The notes: generated from the letters alone by a model not told the origin. A DNA stretch of 64,000 bases from an uncultured Acidobacteriota bacterium (GCA_963777605.1 CAVZRV010000006.1:64001-128000), one strand, 5' to 3'; numbered from the stretch's first letter, positions 41,555 to 51,421 are shown. Translations and numbers: made by a program.

Positions 41555-41869
41555 ATGTCAATGTTCAGCCTTCGAAATCTCAAGGCCCGTCCGGGATCAA
41601 TCATTGAGGAAGACCCTCTGCGGACGATTGAGCTGGCAACCGCCTTTCGGCGTCTCCACTGCTACCGGTGTGACATGACTGCGATCTACAAGTACCGGGT
41701 ACAGCAGGTTCGGCGCAGTCCGGCTCCGGTCGACGGCGATGGCCTGGAACTCCCGGAAGACCAGGTCCGTGCATGGAGAGACATGCCACGATTTGCCGAA
41801 ATCCCCGAAACGGTGAAATGCAAGCGTTGTGGCGAGGTTCTGGGACTCCACACCGACTGCATCTACTGA
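41555..41869 (+). CDS. hypothetical zinc-ribbon protein
   Basis: Two CxxC pairs (CYRC, CKRC); fills the gap between the microprotein and nadE. Confidence 0.7.
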   Translation: MSMFSLRNLKARPGSIIEEDPLRTIELATAFRRLHCYRCDMTAIYKYRVQQVRRSPAPVDGDGLELPEDQVRAWRDMPRFAEIPETVKCKRCGEVLGLHTDCIY

Positions 41870-41894
41870 AGCCAGCCGCCGCCGCCGGGCCTTC

Positions 41895-43655
41895 TCAGGC
41901 TTGCCAGCCGTTGATGATGGTCTCCCGCAGGTCGAACCCGAACGAACGTTCCGAAACCACAATGATCGGGGCCGCCTGCATTCGTTTGTACACCGAACGG
42001 TTCAGGCTTTGGTAGAGTCTCGCGGCCAGCTCCGAGAATTGCTCGATCGAATACCTGGAATAGAGGGTTTCTCCAAAGGTGGCAGGGTTTAGCTTTCGTT
42101 TCCTGAAAAGCTCAATCATGTCGGCCGGACTGAGTCCGCGCTCAACGTAGGAACTGACCAACGGACCGACCACTTCATAGTCAAACGGGTCAACCTGGCC
42201 TTCACTCAGTTCGGCCGACGCCGGGATCTCAAAAATGTCCTCGGGGATCACCGGGCGCCCCCACTTCCGGTTGACGTACCGAGCAACGCGGTAGACATCG
42301 GGTTTGGAAAGGTCGCCTATGACGGCCAAACCTCCAACCATGTCCCCATAGAGGGTGGCGTACCCAAGCGCGATCTCCGTTTCATTGCCGTTGGTGAGCA
42401 GGAGCGCCTCCCGATCGTTGGACTCGGCCATCATGATCAGGCCGCGGACCCGCGCCTGCAGGTTCTCGATCGTCAGCGACTGCTCGACAGCATGGAGGTT
42501 TTCCTCGAAGTCGGAGACGATTCGATCAACCATCCGTTGGATCGGCACTACCTTGTACTCAAGCCCGAGGTTGCGCGCCAGTTCGCGAGCCGCCTGTTGA
42601 GTTCGGGACGAGTTGTAACGGGACGGAAGGTTGTAGAGGGTCAGCAGTTCAGGGCCCATGGCTTCGTAGGCGATAGCCGTCCCGAGAGCAGAGTCGATTC
42701 CTCCGGAGACCGCTTCGAGTACGCCCTTGAAAACCCCGACTTTGTAGTAGTAATCCCGGACACTCATCGCCAACGCCTGGAAGATCTCGGCCTCACGATT
42801 AAACTCGGGAGGTTCAACTCGGTCGGCCAATCCATCCTCGAAGACCACGGTAGACTGGTCTTCCTCGAAACTCTTCAGTGATGCCACCATTCGCCCGGAC
42901 CGGTCATAGGCACAACTCGCTCCATCGAACGGAAGCACGTTCTTACCGTTGTCCCCTGCACCGACCGTGTTCACCGAGATGATCGGGACGCCAATCCGGT
43001 CGATCTGCCGTCTTATCAGGGCTTCCCGCAAGAATCGCTTGCCGTCCCGGGCCCCGGGGTTGGAGCCGACAAATGGGCTGGCATTGATACAGAACAGGTA
43101 ATCGACGCCCTTTTCGTGGTAGATCCGGCAAGGCTTGAGATCGTACTGCTCGTCCCAGAGGTCTTCACAGATCAGAACCCCAACATGAACACTTCCCTCG
43201 GAGAACTCCAACTCGAGGGGTTCAATCTCGGTTCCAGGGCGAAAATAGCGCTTGTCGTCGAAGTAACGATAGGAAGGCAGCAACCGCTTGTAGACCACCT
43301 GCCGCGCCACTCCCTGGTGACAAATTGCAGCCGCGTTGTAGCGGACCGGATCCTGCCCGGGTCCCTGCTGCCCCTCCTCGAAGTCGACAAATCCGACGAC
43401 GGCCGCAACATCGGTGCACGCCGGAGCAATTTCCTCGAAAAGGATGCGGCGATTCTCTCGCAAGAACTGCCGATTGAGGAGCAGCTTTTCATCGAGGCAA
43501 TACCCCGTCAAGCACATCTCCGGAAGCACCACGACGTGAACCCCGGCCCTGCGCCCTTCCTCGATCGCGGCCAGGATCCGGTCCCGGTTTCCTCGAAGGT
43601 CGCCAGTCTTCGGGTTGATCTGGGCAATTGAAACTCTGATCCGCATTTTCGCCAT
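41895..43655 (-). CDS. nadE: glutamine-dependent NAD+ synthetase
   Basis: Nitrilase triad (PEMCLTGY, KRLLPSY, ICEDLW), SGGIDS, ENLQARVRG, GYATLYGD. Confidence 0.96.
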   Translation of the reverse strand: MAKMRIRVSIAQINPKTGDLRGNRDRILAAIEEGRRAGVHVVVLPEMCLTGYCLDEKLLLNRQFLRENRRILFEEIAPACTDVAAVVGFVDFEEGQQGPGQDPVRYNAAAICHQGVARQVVYKRLLPSYRYFDDKRYFRPGTEIEPLELEFSEGSVHVGVLICEDLWDEQYDLKPCRIYHEKGVDYLFCINASPFVGSNPGARDGKRFLREALIRRQIDRIGVPIISVNTVGAGDNGKNVLPFDGASCAYDRSGRMVASLKSFEEDQSTVVFEDGLADRVEPPEFNREAEIFQALAMSVRDYYYKVGVFKGVLEAVSGGIDSALGTAIAYEAMGPELLTLYNLPSRYNSSRTQQAARELARNLGLEYKVVPIQRMVDRIVSDFEENLHAVEQSLTIENLQARVRGLIMMAESNDREALLLTNGNETEIALGYATLYGDMVGGLAVIGDLSKPDVYRVARYVNRKWGRPVIPEDIFEIPASAELSEGQVDPFDYEVVGPLVSSYVERGLSPADMIELFRKRKLNPATFGETLYSRYSIEQFSELAARLYQSLNRSVYKRMQAAPIIVVSERSFGFDLRETIINGWQA

Positions 43656-43827
43656 CTTCCTCAAAGAGTACATCTTCCAACCGTATTCGCGCATCCGCGC
43701 GGAGGCTGCGAAACCACCGCCGAACGGTTCCCAAATCGTCATTGCCTTTCCCGCCTCCAGCGCCTAGGATTCTACCGACGAGGTGCTGGCCTGAAAGGAA
43801 ATCCACTGTCTTTGAGAATTCGCTGAG

Positions 43828-45120
43828 GTGCAAGTGAGCAACAGAACATCCTTTCCCCGCGTATTCTGGGTAGCAAATTCGATCGAAGTCCTGGAGCGCT
43901 TCTCTTACTACGGGATCTACTTCGGATTCGGTATCTACATGGCCTCCCTCGGGTTTTCAAAGGCCGACCTGGGGATCATCCAAAGTGTCTTTCTGCTCTT
44001 CTCCTACGCCGTTCCGGTGGTCTCTGGAACCCTGGCCGATCGCTATGGATTCAAGAAGGTTCTGATTGTTTCCTACATGGCCTATCTGCCCTCAATTCTC
44101 CTTTTGATCCTGACCCGATCCTTCTCGGGAATCGCCTTGACCATGTTGAGCATCGGACTGGCAGCGGGCATCTTCAAACCGCTGGTCTCGGGAACCGTCC
44201 GGGCCGTGACCGACAAGTCGAACAAGACCCTGGGATTCGGGATCTTCTACGCGATGGTCAACGTCGGCGGGACGTTCGGCCCCATCGTGGCCGGGAAGCT
44301 TCGCGCGATTTCCTGGAACTACGCCTTCATAGCGGCGGCGATTGCCATCTTCATGATGCTCGTCATCACAATCCTGTTCTACAAGGAACCGGAGCGGGAC
44401 ATCGAGCGGAGCACACTGGGCGAGAAGTTAAAGGAGATAGGGACTGTCCTCTCCGACGCGAAGTTCAGCGTCTTCCTGCTTCTGCTGGGAATCTTCTTCT
44501 GGCTTCCATTCTGGGCTTTTTTCAATCTCACGGCGATCTACGTAGATACCAACATCGACACGGCTCAACTCTATCTCACGATGAAGGGAATCTTCGGTAC
44601 CGGCTTTGCAGACTTCTTCTCTCATGACGAGGGAGGCGTCCGGAAGGTACTGGGAGAAACCATCTCCACTACCGGCTACATCATCATGATCCTTCAGGTT
44701 TTCGTTTCCCGAATCCTGGAGAAGTTCCAAGCCATCCCGTCCTTTCTCTTCGGCCTGTTTGTCTCCGCTGTCGGGTTCGTCGTTCTCGCCCTGGCCATCA
44801 ACTCGGTCCCGGCCCTGATCTTCCTTGGAATCTTCTTTTTCGCAATCGGTGAGATGATCTCGTCTCCACGGATCCAGGAGTACATCACGTGGATCGCGCC
44901 GAAGGAAAAAGCTGGCCTTTACATGGGCTCGAACTTCCTCGCCACCGGCCTGGGAGGGGCGACCAGCGGAGTCACCTACACCAGCCTTTACGGGTACTTC
45001 GACAACATGGGTCATCCTGAATACGTGTGGTTCACGCTTGCAGCCCACCTCCTCCTCGGAATCGTCGCGCTGACTCTCTATACCAGGATCGCCGGGGAAT
45101 TCCGGGAGCGAGAGGAGTAG
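43828..45120 (+). CDS. MFS transporter, POT/peptide-symporter-like
   Basis: ExxERFxYY motif (EVLERFSYYG), LADRYG, about 12 TM segments; next to an M24 peptidase. Confidence 0.88.
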   Translation: MQVSNRTSFPRVFWVANSIEVLERFSYYGIYFGFGIYMASLGFSKADLGIIQSVFLLFSYAVPVVSGTLADRYGFKKVLIVSYMAYLPSILLLILTRSFSGIALTMLSIGLAAGIFKPLVSGTVRAVTDKSNKTLGFGIFYAMVNVGGTFGPIVAGKLRAISWNYAFIAAAIAIFMMLVITILFYKEPERDIERSTLGEKLKEIGTVLSDAKFSVFLLLLGIFFWLPFWAFFNLTAIYVDTNIDTAQLYLTMKGIFGTGFADFFSHDEGGVRKVLGETISTTGYIIMILQVFVSRILEKFQAIPSFLFGLFVSAVGFVVLALAINSVPALIFLGIFFFAIGEMISSPRIQEYITWIAPKEKAGLYMGSNFLATGLGGATSGVTYTSLYGYFDNMGHPEYVWFTLAAHLLLGIVALTLYTRIAGEFREREE

Positions 45121-45224
45121 CCCGGTCCAGGTCGAACACCCAAACGAGAATCCGTGGCAGGATGGACATAACCCGGGCAAATCAAGTCCCGGACCGTGCT
45201 CCGGCCACAGTAAGGTAGATCGAT

Positions 45225-46423
45225 ATGGCCAAAGAACTCATCCGGCAGAAACTGGAACAGGCGGCAGAGATTCTACGAGGAATGCGGCATCGACTGCTGG
45301 CTGACTTTCGTCAGAGAGACCGCGGTGACAAGCGACCCGATGCTTGCGTTTCTCACCCCCGGCCACCTCACGTGGCACTCTGCGATCTTCGTGACGGCTC
45401 GTGGTGACAAGATAGCCATCGTCGGAAGCCTCGACCAGCGAGCAATCGAAGACCTCCAGCTCTACGATCCGGTCATCGGGTACGTCGAAGGCATCGGCAC
45501 TTCCTTCAGGGAAGTCATTCGGAAGCTGGAGCCCCGAACGCTGGCAGTGAACTTCTCCAAGGAAAGCGAAATCGCCGACGGCCTCACTCATGGAATGTTC
45601 CTTCAGCTCGAGGACCTCCTCGCCTCGGCGGGATTCGCCGGAAAACTGATTTCCGCGGAGCCGGTCATCTCGAGTATACGGGCCCGGAAAACCCCCTATG
45701 AACTGGAACGGATCCAGCTGGCCATCGACGAAAGCCTTGACATTTTCGAGCAGGTCAAAGGCCTGCTTCGGCCCGGGATCAGCGAAACCGCCATCGCCGA
45801 CTTCGTTCACGCCCAAGCCCGGGCGCGCCACCGCGAAACGGCCTGGGATCCGTCCCAGTGCCCGGCAGTCTTTACCGGTCCGGACACTGCGGAAGCCCAC
45901 TATCAACCGACTGAACGCCTGGTTGAAGCAGGGCATGTCGTCAATATGGACTTCGGCCTCAAGGTCGATGGCTACTGTTCCGACCTGCAGCGCACCTACT
46001 ACGTTCCCGACCATCCTGAGGGCGACGTCCCCGACCCAGTGCAGCGTGGCTTCGACACGATCGTGACAAGTATCGAAAAGGCTCGCCTGGCGATGCGCCC
46101 GGGCGTTCGTGGATTCGAAATCGATGCCGTCGCGCGCGACCACATCTGCGCGACCGGCTATGAGTCATTCCCCCACGCGCTGGGACACCAGGTGGGACGC
46201 TTTGCTCACGACGGCACGGCGCTGCTCGGACCCACCTGGGAGAAGTACGCCACGAAACCGAACCATCCGCTCGAGGCCGGGAATGGTGTTTACGCTGGAG
46301 CCCCGCCTCAAGGTCCCCGGCCGTGGTACGGTTACCATCGAAGAGATGGTCGTGGTGACCGAAAGTGGTGCCGAATTCCTTTCAAACCCCCAGAAACAGT
46401 TATGGACCAGCGATTTCACTTGA
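45225..46423 (+). CDS. M24 Xaa-Pro aminopeptidase, two frameshifts (near 45280 and 46280)
   Basis: MAKELIRQKL / GIDCWLTFVRE...DFG, SDLQRT, HALGHQVG / GMVFTLEP, IEEMVVV, split across three segments. Confidence 0.88.
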
Positions 46424-46447
46424 CTTTAGACTTAATCTATGGATTCT
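46420..46447 (+). promoter_or_regulatory. candidate sigma70 promoter with an inverted repeat in the spacer
   Basis: TTGACT-N16-GATTCT; the spacer holds TTAGACT-T-AATCTAT in an AT-rich patch. Confidence 0.4.
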
Positions 46448-46480
46448 TAGTTGTGACAAAATTGAGCCTGGGACCTGACT

Positions 46481-46888
46481 GTGAAGTACTTTTTCAAGGA
46501 CATTAATGAGACGGCGAGCATCGAACGCCTGGAAGGCGCGGAAGAACTCTTCCGACTCCGCTACACCAACCAGTTCTATGGGAACTGCGCCCTTCGTCTC
46601 CACCTGAGCCGGAAGACGGACGGTCAGATCCACGTTCACCGCCCGTCGATGCAGGTCGAAGCCAGTGACGTTAAGAAAGGGGATCTGAACTCCCTGATCA
46701 CGGTTTCACTCAGGTTCCTGACTCAAAAACTGGCGCAACATCCTGAGATTCTTCGTGGTGAACGCACCCAAGCCAGATCAGGCGTATTGGCCAGGTTACG
46801 ATCGTGGTGCGGACTCGCGCAACCGGCTCCGAAAACGACCGTCTACGAGAAGGAGCGGTCCCCGCTCCGCAAGACCGGTACTGCTTAG
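46481..46888 (+). CDS. hypothetical protein
   Basis: 135-aa ORF with coding-like codon use downstream of a candidate promoter; no motif recognised. Confidence 0.65.
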   Translation: MKYFFKDINETASIERLEGAEELFRLRYTNQFYGNCALRLHLSRKTDGQIHVHRPSMQVEASDVKKGDLNSLITVSLRFLTQKLAQHPEILRGERTQARSGVLARLRSWCGLAQPAPKTTVYEKERSPLRKTGTA

Positions 46889-47099
46889 ATAGCCCCGCCT
46901 CCTCCGTCTCTCCACAAGTACTCACGAGAACTGAGAACTCTTGCTGGGTGAGCCCATGAAGGAATAAGGCCGTTGATCTTCGCCCTTGCCGGGCAAAACC
47001 TTTGAGTTCCGGAAGAGAGATAGTGAGGATTCCCCAAGCCGGCATCGCGGGAGCTGTTGCTGGTTCAACTCCCGCGATATCGCTACCCGATCGGGAAGA

Positions 47100-48056
47100 T
47101 CAGGGCACGCCCAGTTCCTTCTTGGCAGCGTTGATGAACTTGTTTGCGTTCGATGTGTTTCCGTACCGAGTCTTGAGGAGCGTGTAGAGCTGCTGCCGCG
47201 CCTCCCGCGCGCTCTGCCCGTTCAACGCCACGGTTCGTGCATACCCGAGGATGGCGTCGTCCATCCGGCCGTTCCTCCAGCAGCATTCGGCCAGTCGGAA
47301 CTGCCCGAAGTCGTCCTTCGGATCGAGCCTGACAGCCTCCTTGAAATTCTTGTATGCGGTCGAAAAATCACCCAACCGGTGGGCATTTTCACCAATCGCG
47401 CGGTAAGCGAATGCGCGAGTCGCGTTGGTCTCGGGGTCCTCTTTGTCGCCCATGGCGGCGAGCAGTTGTTCCCCTCGCTTGGCTGCTCCGGCGAAGTTAT
47501 TCGATTGCCAGTCGGTAAAGACCAGCAGTTTGAGCACGTCAATATTCTTCGGTTCATGCTTGAGTGCCCGCTCCGCCCACTTCTCCGTGTTCGGGTAGTC
47601 CTTCATCCCGTAGTACGCCGTCATCAAAAGGTAGGCGGTCGCACCCGACGGAGCCTGCGAGTAGAGTTTGGTCCCGAACTCGATCAACTTGGCCGGTTGC
47701 CCCAGCTTCTGATAAGCCTCGGTGGCCATGGCAGCCGCCGTGCCGTCAGATGGCCGGTACCGCAGGTATTGTTCGGCGGCGGTGGCCAACTGAGCCCACC
47801 GCCCACTCTGCTTCAGGCTGCCCAGGTATTCCCCGTAGAGGTATGCCACGTTCGGGTCAAGTGCAGAGGACTTAAATTTCTGGACGAATTGCAGCGCCAG
47901 ATCTTTCTGCTTGGCGGCATTGGTTTCGGATGCGGCCTGCTGATAGAGCGCGTACTCCTCAGCATAGGTAGGGCTCTGTTCTTGAGCCAGGACCATGGCC
48001 GAAACGCAGCAGGCCAGGATCATCAAGAGAGACAGTTTCCGATAGGTAGAGTGCAT
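47100..48056 (-). CDS. secreted TPR protein
   Basis: Signal peptide; TPR-like repeats (ERALKHEPKN, EAVRLDPKD). Confidence 0.88.
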   Translation of the reverse strand: MHSTYRKLSLLMILACCVSAMVLAQEQSPTYAEEYALYQQAASETNAAKQKDLALQFVQKFKSSALDPNVAYLYGEYLGSLKQSGRWAQLATAAEQYLRYRPSDGTAAAMATEAYQKLGQPAKLIEFGTKLYSQAPSGATAYLLMTAYYGMKDYPNTEKWAERALKHEPKNIDVLKLLVFTDWQSNNFAGAAKRGEQLLAAMGDKEDPETNATRAFAYRAIGENAHRLGDFSTAYKNFKEAVRLDPKDDFGQFRLAECCWRNGRMDDAILGYARTVALNGQSAREARQQLYTLLKTRYGNTSNANKFINAAKKELGVP

Positions 48057-48322
48057 CGATCCTCCTTCCGACCGCCTTTCGCGATCAATCACCTTCGCAC
48101 AACCCGGCGAGCCAGGGCCTGATCGATCGGTCTCCGATGCCCAACACCGCGACCGAACGATCTCAAGATCCCTCCTTAAAGCGGCGACCTCATCGCTTCA
48201 AAAAAACGCGCCAAGCCCGCCAGGTCAGGCACCGGTTTCAAGTTTACTCCTGAAGAAAGAGAAAGCCCATCCGAAACCGCTTTGAGGAGGTCCAAATCTC
48301 CAAATTTCCGCTCCGGGAGTCA

Positions 48323-48351
48323 TTGATTTTTGAGGCAATCGAGACTAAAGT
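48323..48351 (+). promoter_or_regulatory. candidate sigma70 promoter of citrate synthase
   Basis: TTGATT-N17-TAAAGT, implying a leader of about 150 nt. Confidence 0.5.
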
Positions 48352-48384
48352 GACGTTCGGGTATTCCGAAAGAGGCTTTTGATT

Positions 48385-48473
48385 AGGCGAAGGAGTGTTA
48401 ACACATGCTCGTATGCTCATACGGTTCGGAAGACCGAGTCGGATTCGAGGATTCGATCCTTCTTCGCCTTTTT
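48385..48473 (+). promoter_or_regulatory. candidate structured leader RNA/attenuator (six-way junction plus U-tract)
   Basis: 8-bp closing stem enclosing five abutting hairpins, followed by a T-run. Confidence 0.45.
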
Positions 48474-48509
48474 GTCATTTCTCCATTCCACTTCACTTAG
48501 GAGGATTCC

Positions 48510-49841
48510 ATGTCGCGACTTAAAGAGAAACTGCATGACAAGATTGTCGAGGGTCGAGATCGGGTAACAAAGCTGCTCAAAGAATCGGGGAACGTCAAGA
48601 TCAGTGACGTCACGATTGCCCAGGCGATTGGTGGAATGCGAGGCGTTAAATGCCTGGTTACCGACATCTCCTACCTCGACCCGGAAGAAGGCATCCGTTT
48701 TCGCGGCTACACAATTCCGGAGACCCTGGCCCAGCTGCCGAAGGTGCCGGGCTGCGAGATGCCTTACGTGGAAGGCCACCTCTACCTGCTCTTGACCGGC
48801 GAAATGCCCGGGGAGGAAGACGTTCAGGAAGTCGTCCAGGAGTTTAAGTCGCGCCGCGCCGTGCCCCAGTACGTTTTGGATATCTTGCGTGCCATGCCGC
48901 GCGACAGCCACCCGATGACAATGTTCTCGGTGGCGATCGACGCCATGCAGAGGGAATCTGAATACGTGCGGCAGTACCAGAAGGGCATCAGCAAGTTCGA
49001 CTACTGGGACTCCACCTACGAGGACGGGCTCAACCTGCTGGCCAAGCTGCCCCAGATTGCGGCTTACATCTTTCGAATGAAGTATCGGGGCGATACTATC
49101 ATTCCGTCCGATCCGAACCTGGATATGGGCGGTAATTTCGCTCACATGATGGGAATCCAGAAGCCCTATGACGACGTGTCCCGCCTCTACTTCATTCTCC
49201 ACAGTGATCACGAGAGCGGCAACGTCAGCGCCCACACCGGACACCTCGTCTCCAGCGCCCTTTCCGACATGTATTACTCCATTTCCAGCATGATCAATGG
49301 CCTGGCTGGACCTCTCCACGGCCTGGCCTGCCAGGAAGTGCTCCGCTGGATCCAGGGAGTCATGGAGAAGATGGGTGGAAAGATCCCGACCGAAGAAGAG
49401 ATGCGTGAGTTTGTCTGGGATACGCTCAACTCCGGCCAGGTCGTACCCGGCTTCGGTCACGCCGTTCTGCGCAAGACCGATCCGCGTTACCAGGCCCAGC
49501 GGGAGTTCTGTCTGAAGCACCTGCCTGACGATCTGACCTTCAAGTACGTCAATCTCCTCTTCAACGTGGTCCCACCGGTACTCCGGGAACAGGGCAAGGC
49601 CAAGAACCCATGGCCGAACGTCGATGCCCAGTCCGGCGTCATACAGTGGCACTACGGAGTCCAGGAGTACGATTTCTACACCGTCCTGTTCGGCATTGGC
49701 CGGGCTCTGGGAGTCGTCAGTAACATCATCTGGGATCGCGCCCTCGGTTACCCGATCGAGCGGCCCAAGTCCCTCACCATGGCCATGCTCGAAGAGATGG
49801 CCAGGCAGGCTGCCGGCAAAGAGACAACCGGCGTCCGCTAG
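48510..49841 (+). CDS. gltA: citrate synthase, eukaryote-like type
   Basis: GGMRG, EGIRFRG, HSDHESGNVSAH, GLAGPLHGLA, PGFGHAVLR, WPNVDA; SD AGGAGG. Confidence 0.95.
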   Translation: MSRLKEKLHDKIVEGRDRVTKLLKESGNVKISDVTIAQAIGGMRGVKCLVTDISYLDPEEGIRFRGYTIPETLAQLPKVPGCEMPYVEGHLYLLLTGEMPGEEDVQEVVQEFKSRRAVPQYVLDILRAMPRDSHPMTMFSVAIDAMQRESEYVRQYQKGISKFDYWDSTYEDGLNLLAKLPQIAAYIFRMKYRGDTIIPSDPNLDMGGNFAHMMGIQKPYDDVSRLYFILHSDHESGNVSAHTGHLVSSALSDMYYSISSMINGLAGPLHGLACQEVLRWIQGVMEKMGGKIPTEEEMREFVWDTLNSGQVVPGFGHAVLRKTDPRYQAQREFCLKHLPDDLTFKYVNLLFNVVPPVLREQGKAKNPWPNVDAQSGVIQWHYGVQEYDFYTVLFGIGRALGVVSNIIWDRALGYPIERPKSLTMAMLEEMARQAAGKETTGVR

Positions 49842-49880
49842 AGAATCACACCCGAATCTTTCTGTTTCGGTGAAGAAGGC

Positions 49881-49912
49881 AGGGCGGCTTCCCACGAAGC
49901 CGCCCTTTTTTT
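49881..49912 (+). terminator. intrinsic terminator of gltA
   Basis: AGGGCGGCTTC-CCAC-GAAGCCGCCCT followed by a T-run. Confidence 0.9.
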
Positions 49913-50022
49913 CGCCCGCCCTCTTCCTTTTCGACGGAGTGACACAGGTGTCCGCGACGGTGATCAGGGAGTAGAACCCCTTATTGCTCCCATCGTCACG
50001 GCCGGGGACGGCCGTGCCACAG

Positions 50023-50051
50023 TTGAAATCATGCAACCATTTGCATACTCT
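50023..50051 (+). promoter_or_regulatory. candidate promoter with operator, upstream of the cytochrome c gene
   Basis: TTGAAA-N17-TACTCT, with ATGCAA-N4-TTGCAT at 50031-50046. Confidence 0.55.
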
Positions 50052-50135
50052 TTTCGTTAATTATTCCAACCTGGGTTTCCTAACAGTTCACATTAATCGA
50101 GGAGGTGCTGTTTGCGCCATATCCATGATGCAATC

Positions 50136-50723
50136 ATGTATCGAGTCCTGGTTGTGTTCCTTGGAGTCGTCGGGGCAGTTCTGTTCTTGGACGGGTCATC
50201 CCTTTTTTCGCAGTCGGGCGTGGTTCAACCAAGCGAGCGGGTCCAGAAGGGTGCCTACCTCGTCACGCTCAGCGGTTGCAACGACTGCCACAGCCCCAAG
50301 GTGTTCACCGACAAGGGGCCGGAACCCGACCCGACACGCCTCCTGGCGGGGCATCCTGCCGGAAGCCCGATGCCTGAAATCGACTTCGACCGGATTTCCC
50401 CAGCCGGATGGGTACTGCTCAGCAACGATCTGACCGCCGCGGTCGGGCCCTGGGGCATCACTTACGCCGCCAACCTCACGTCCGACGAAGAGACCGGCAT
50501 TGGACGGTGGACGGAGGAGGCTTTCATCGCCACCATGCGGAGTGGCCTGCACTGGGGAGTGGGTCCTGCGATCCTTCCACCCATGCCGTGGCAGAACCTG
50601 GGCCAGGCGTCCGACGACGATTTGAAGGCCATCTTCGCCTACCTGAAATCTACTCACCCGGTGCACAACCCGGTACCGGCGCCAATGTCGTTGGAAGAGC
50701 TGAAAGCGAGTCGGAGGAAGTAG
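50136..50723 (+). CDS. periplasmic c-type cytochrome
   Basis: Signal peptide, GAYLV, heme motif CNDCH, ANLT...TGIGRW, PPMPW, DLKAIFAYL. Confidence 0.9.
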   Translation: MYRVLVVFLGVVGAVLFLDGSSLFSQSGVVQPSERVQKGAYLVTLSGCNDCHSPKVFTDKGPEPDPTRLLAGHPAGSPMPEIDFDRISPAGWVLLSNDLTAAVGPWGITYAANLTSDEETGIGRWTEEAFIATMRSGLHWGVGPAILPPMPWQNLGQASDDDLKAIFAYLKSTHPVHNPVPAPMSLEELKASRRK

Positions 50724-50795
50724 GCTTCAAGGTTTCGGGTTGCGGTCGGCGGCCCGTCCAGTGGGACCCCGAAACCCGAAACCTCGGAACCCGGG
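50724..50795. repeat. inverted heptamer arrays (second, more degenerate copy)
   Basis: GGTTTCG GGTTGCG ... CGAAACC CGAAACC(T) CGGAACC between convergent genes. Confidence 0.65.
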
Positions 50796-50803
50796 GCCGC
50801 GGG

Positions 50804-51421
50804 CTACTTCCCAGGCCAGCTGCCGAGAACTTCGATCCAGTCCACTCTCGACGATGCCGGCGTCAGGCCACCAGGCATCAGGTCAGTGAATCCGACTTCG
50901 AGAACCCGGTTCAGAGCAGGGTCTTTCTGCCAGTCCTCTTCGGTCACTCGCTCGATATTCAGCTTTCGCCAGTGAACGTCCCGCAGGTTGACCTCCCAGA
51001 TGTGCCAGTCAGCAGTTGTCCCATCGAACTTGTCGCTCACCAGCCAGGTTCCATCCTCGAGCCTTACGATCACACGAAGATCACGGAAGCCGGACTGCCT
51101 TGAACGCCACCGGACAACGGCGTCTCCGGACAGGTTCAGGGCCCCGCGCTTGTGCCGGAGGGTCACCGCCCAGTTTCCGGGGCAGACACCGGACCAGACG
51201 TAGTAAGGATCATTTTCGATCCAATCATGATGGCTCTTCTTGATGCCGGCAAAACCCGGCCCGTAAAGGCCCACTGTGAGATCGGGGTTGGCGACGTGAT
51301 TCTGACCCAGGGGAATCTCAGCCGGAGTCTCTTTCCAGTCCTCGCGAAACAGCAGTTCCGGCGCGGCCTCGACCAACGATGATAATGGCAATGAAAGGAG
51401 CAGCAGGATAAGGATCCTCAT
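50804..51421 (-). CDS. hypothetical secreted Trp-rich protein
   Basis: Signal peptide MRILILLLLSLPLSSLVEA; beta-strand-like and Trp-rich. Confidence 0.8.
   Translation of the reverse strand: MRILILLLLSLPLSSLVEAAPELLFREDWKETPAEIPLGQNHVANPDLTVGLYGPGFAGIKKSHHDWIENDPYYVWSGVCPGNWAVTLRHKRGALNLSGDAVVRWRSRQSGFRDLRVIVRLEDGTWLVSDKFDGTTADWHIWEVNLRDVHWRKLNIERVTEEDWQKDPALNRVLEVGFTDLMPGGLTPASSRVDWIEVLGSWPGK

Noticed and set aside
47044-47080. T-arm-like GCTGGTTCAACTCCCGC as a tRNA fragment or att site
   Set aside because: It is better explained as part of the hairpin ATCGCGGGAG..CTCCCGCGAT between convergent genes; there is no integrase or other tRNA arm.
48385-48473. tRNA or selC interpretation of the gltA leader (TTCGA loop, CTCAT)
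   Set aside because: It has five arms, no 7-nt anticodon loop on a 5-bp stem, no UCA anticodon and no D-loop GG.
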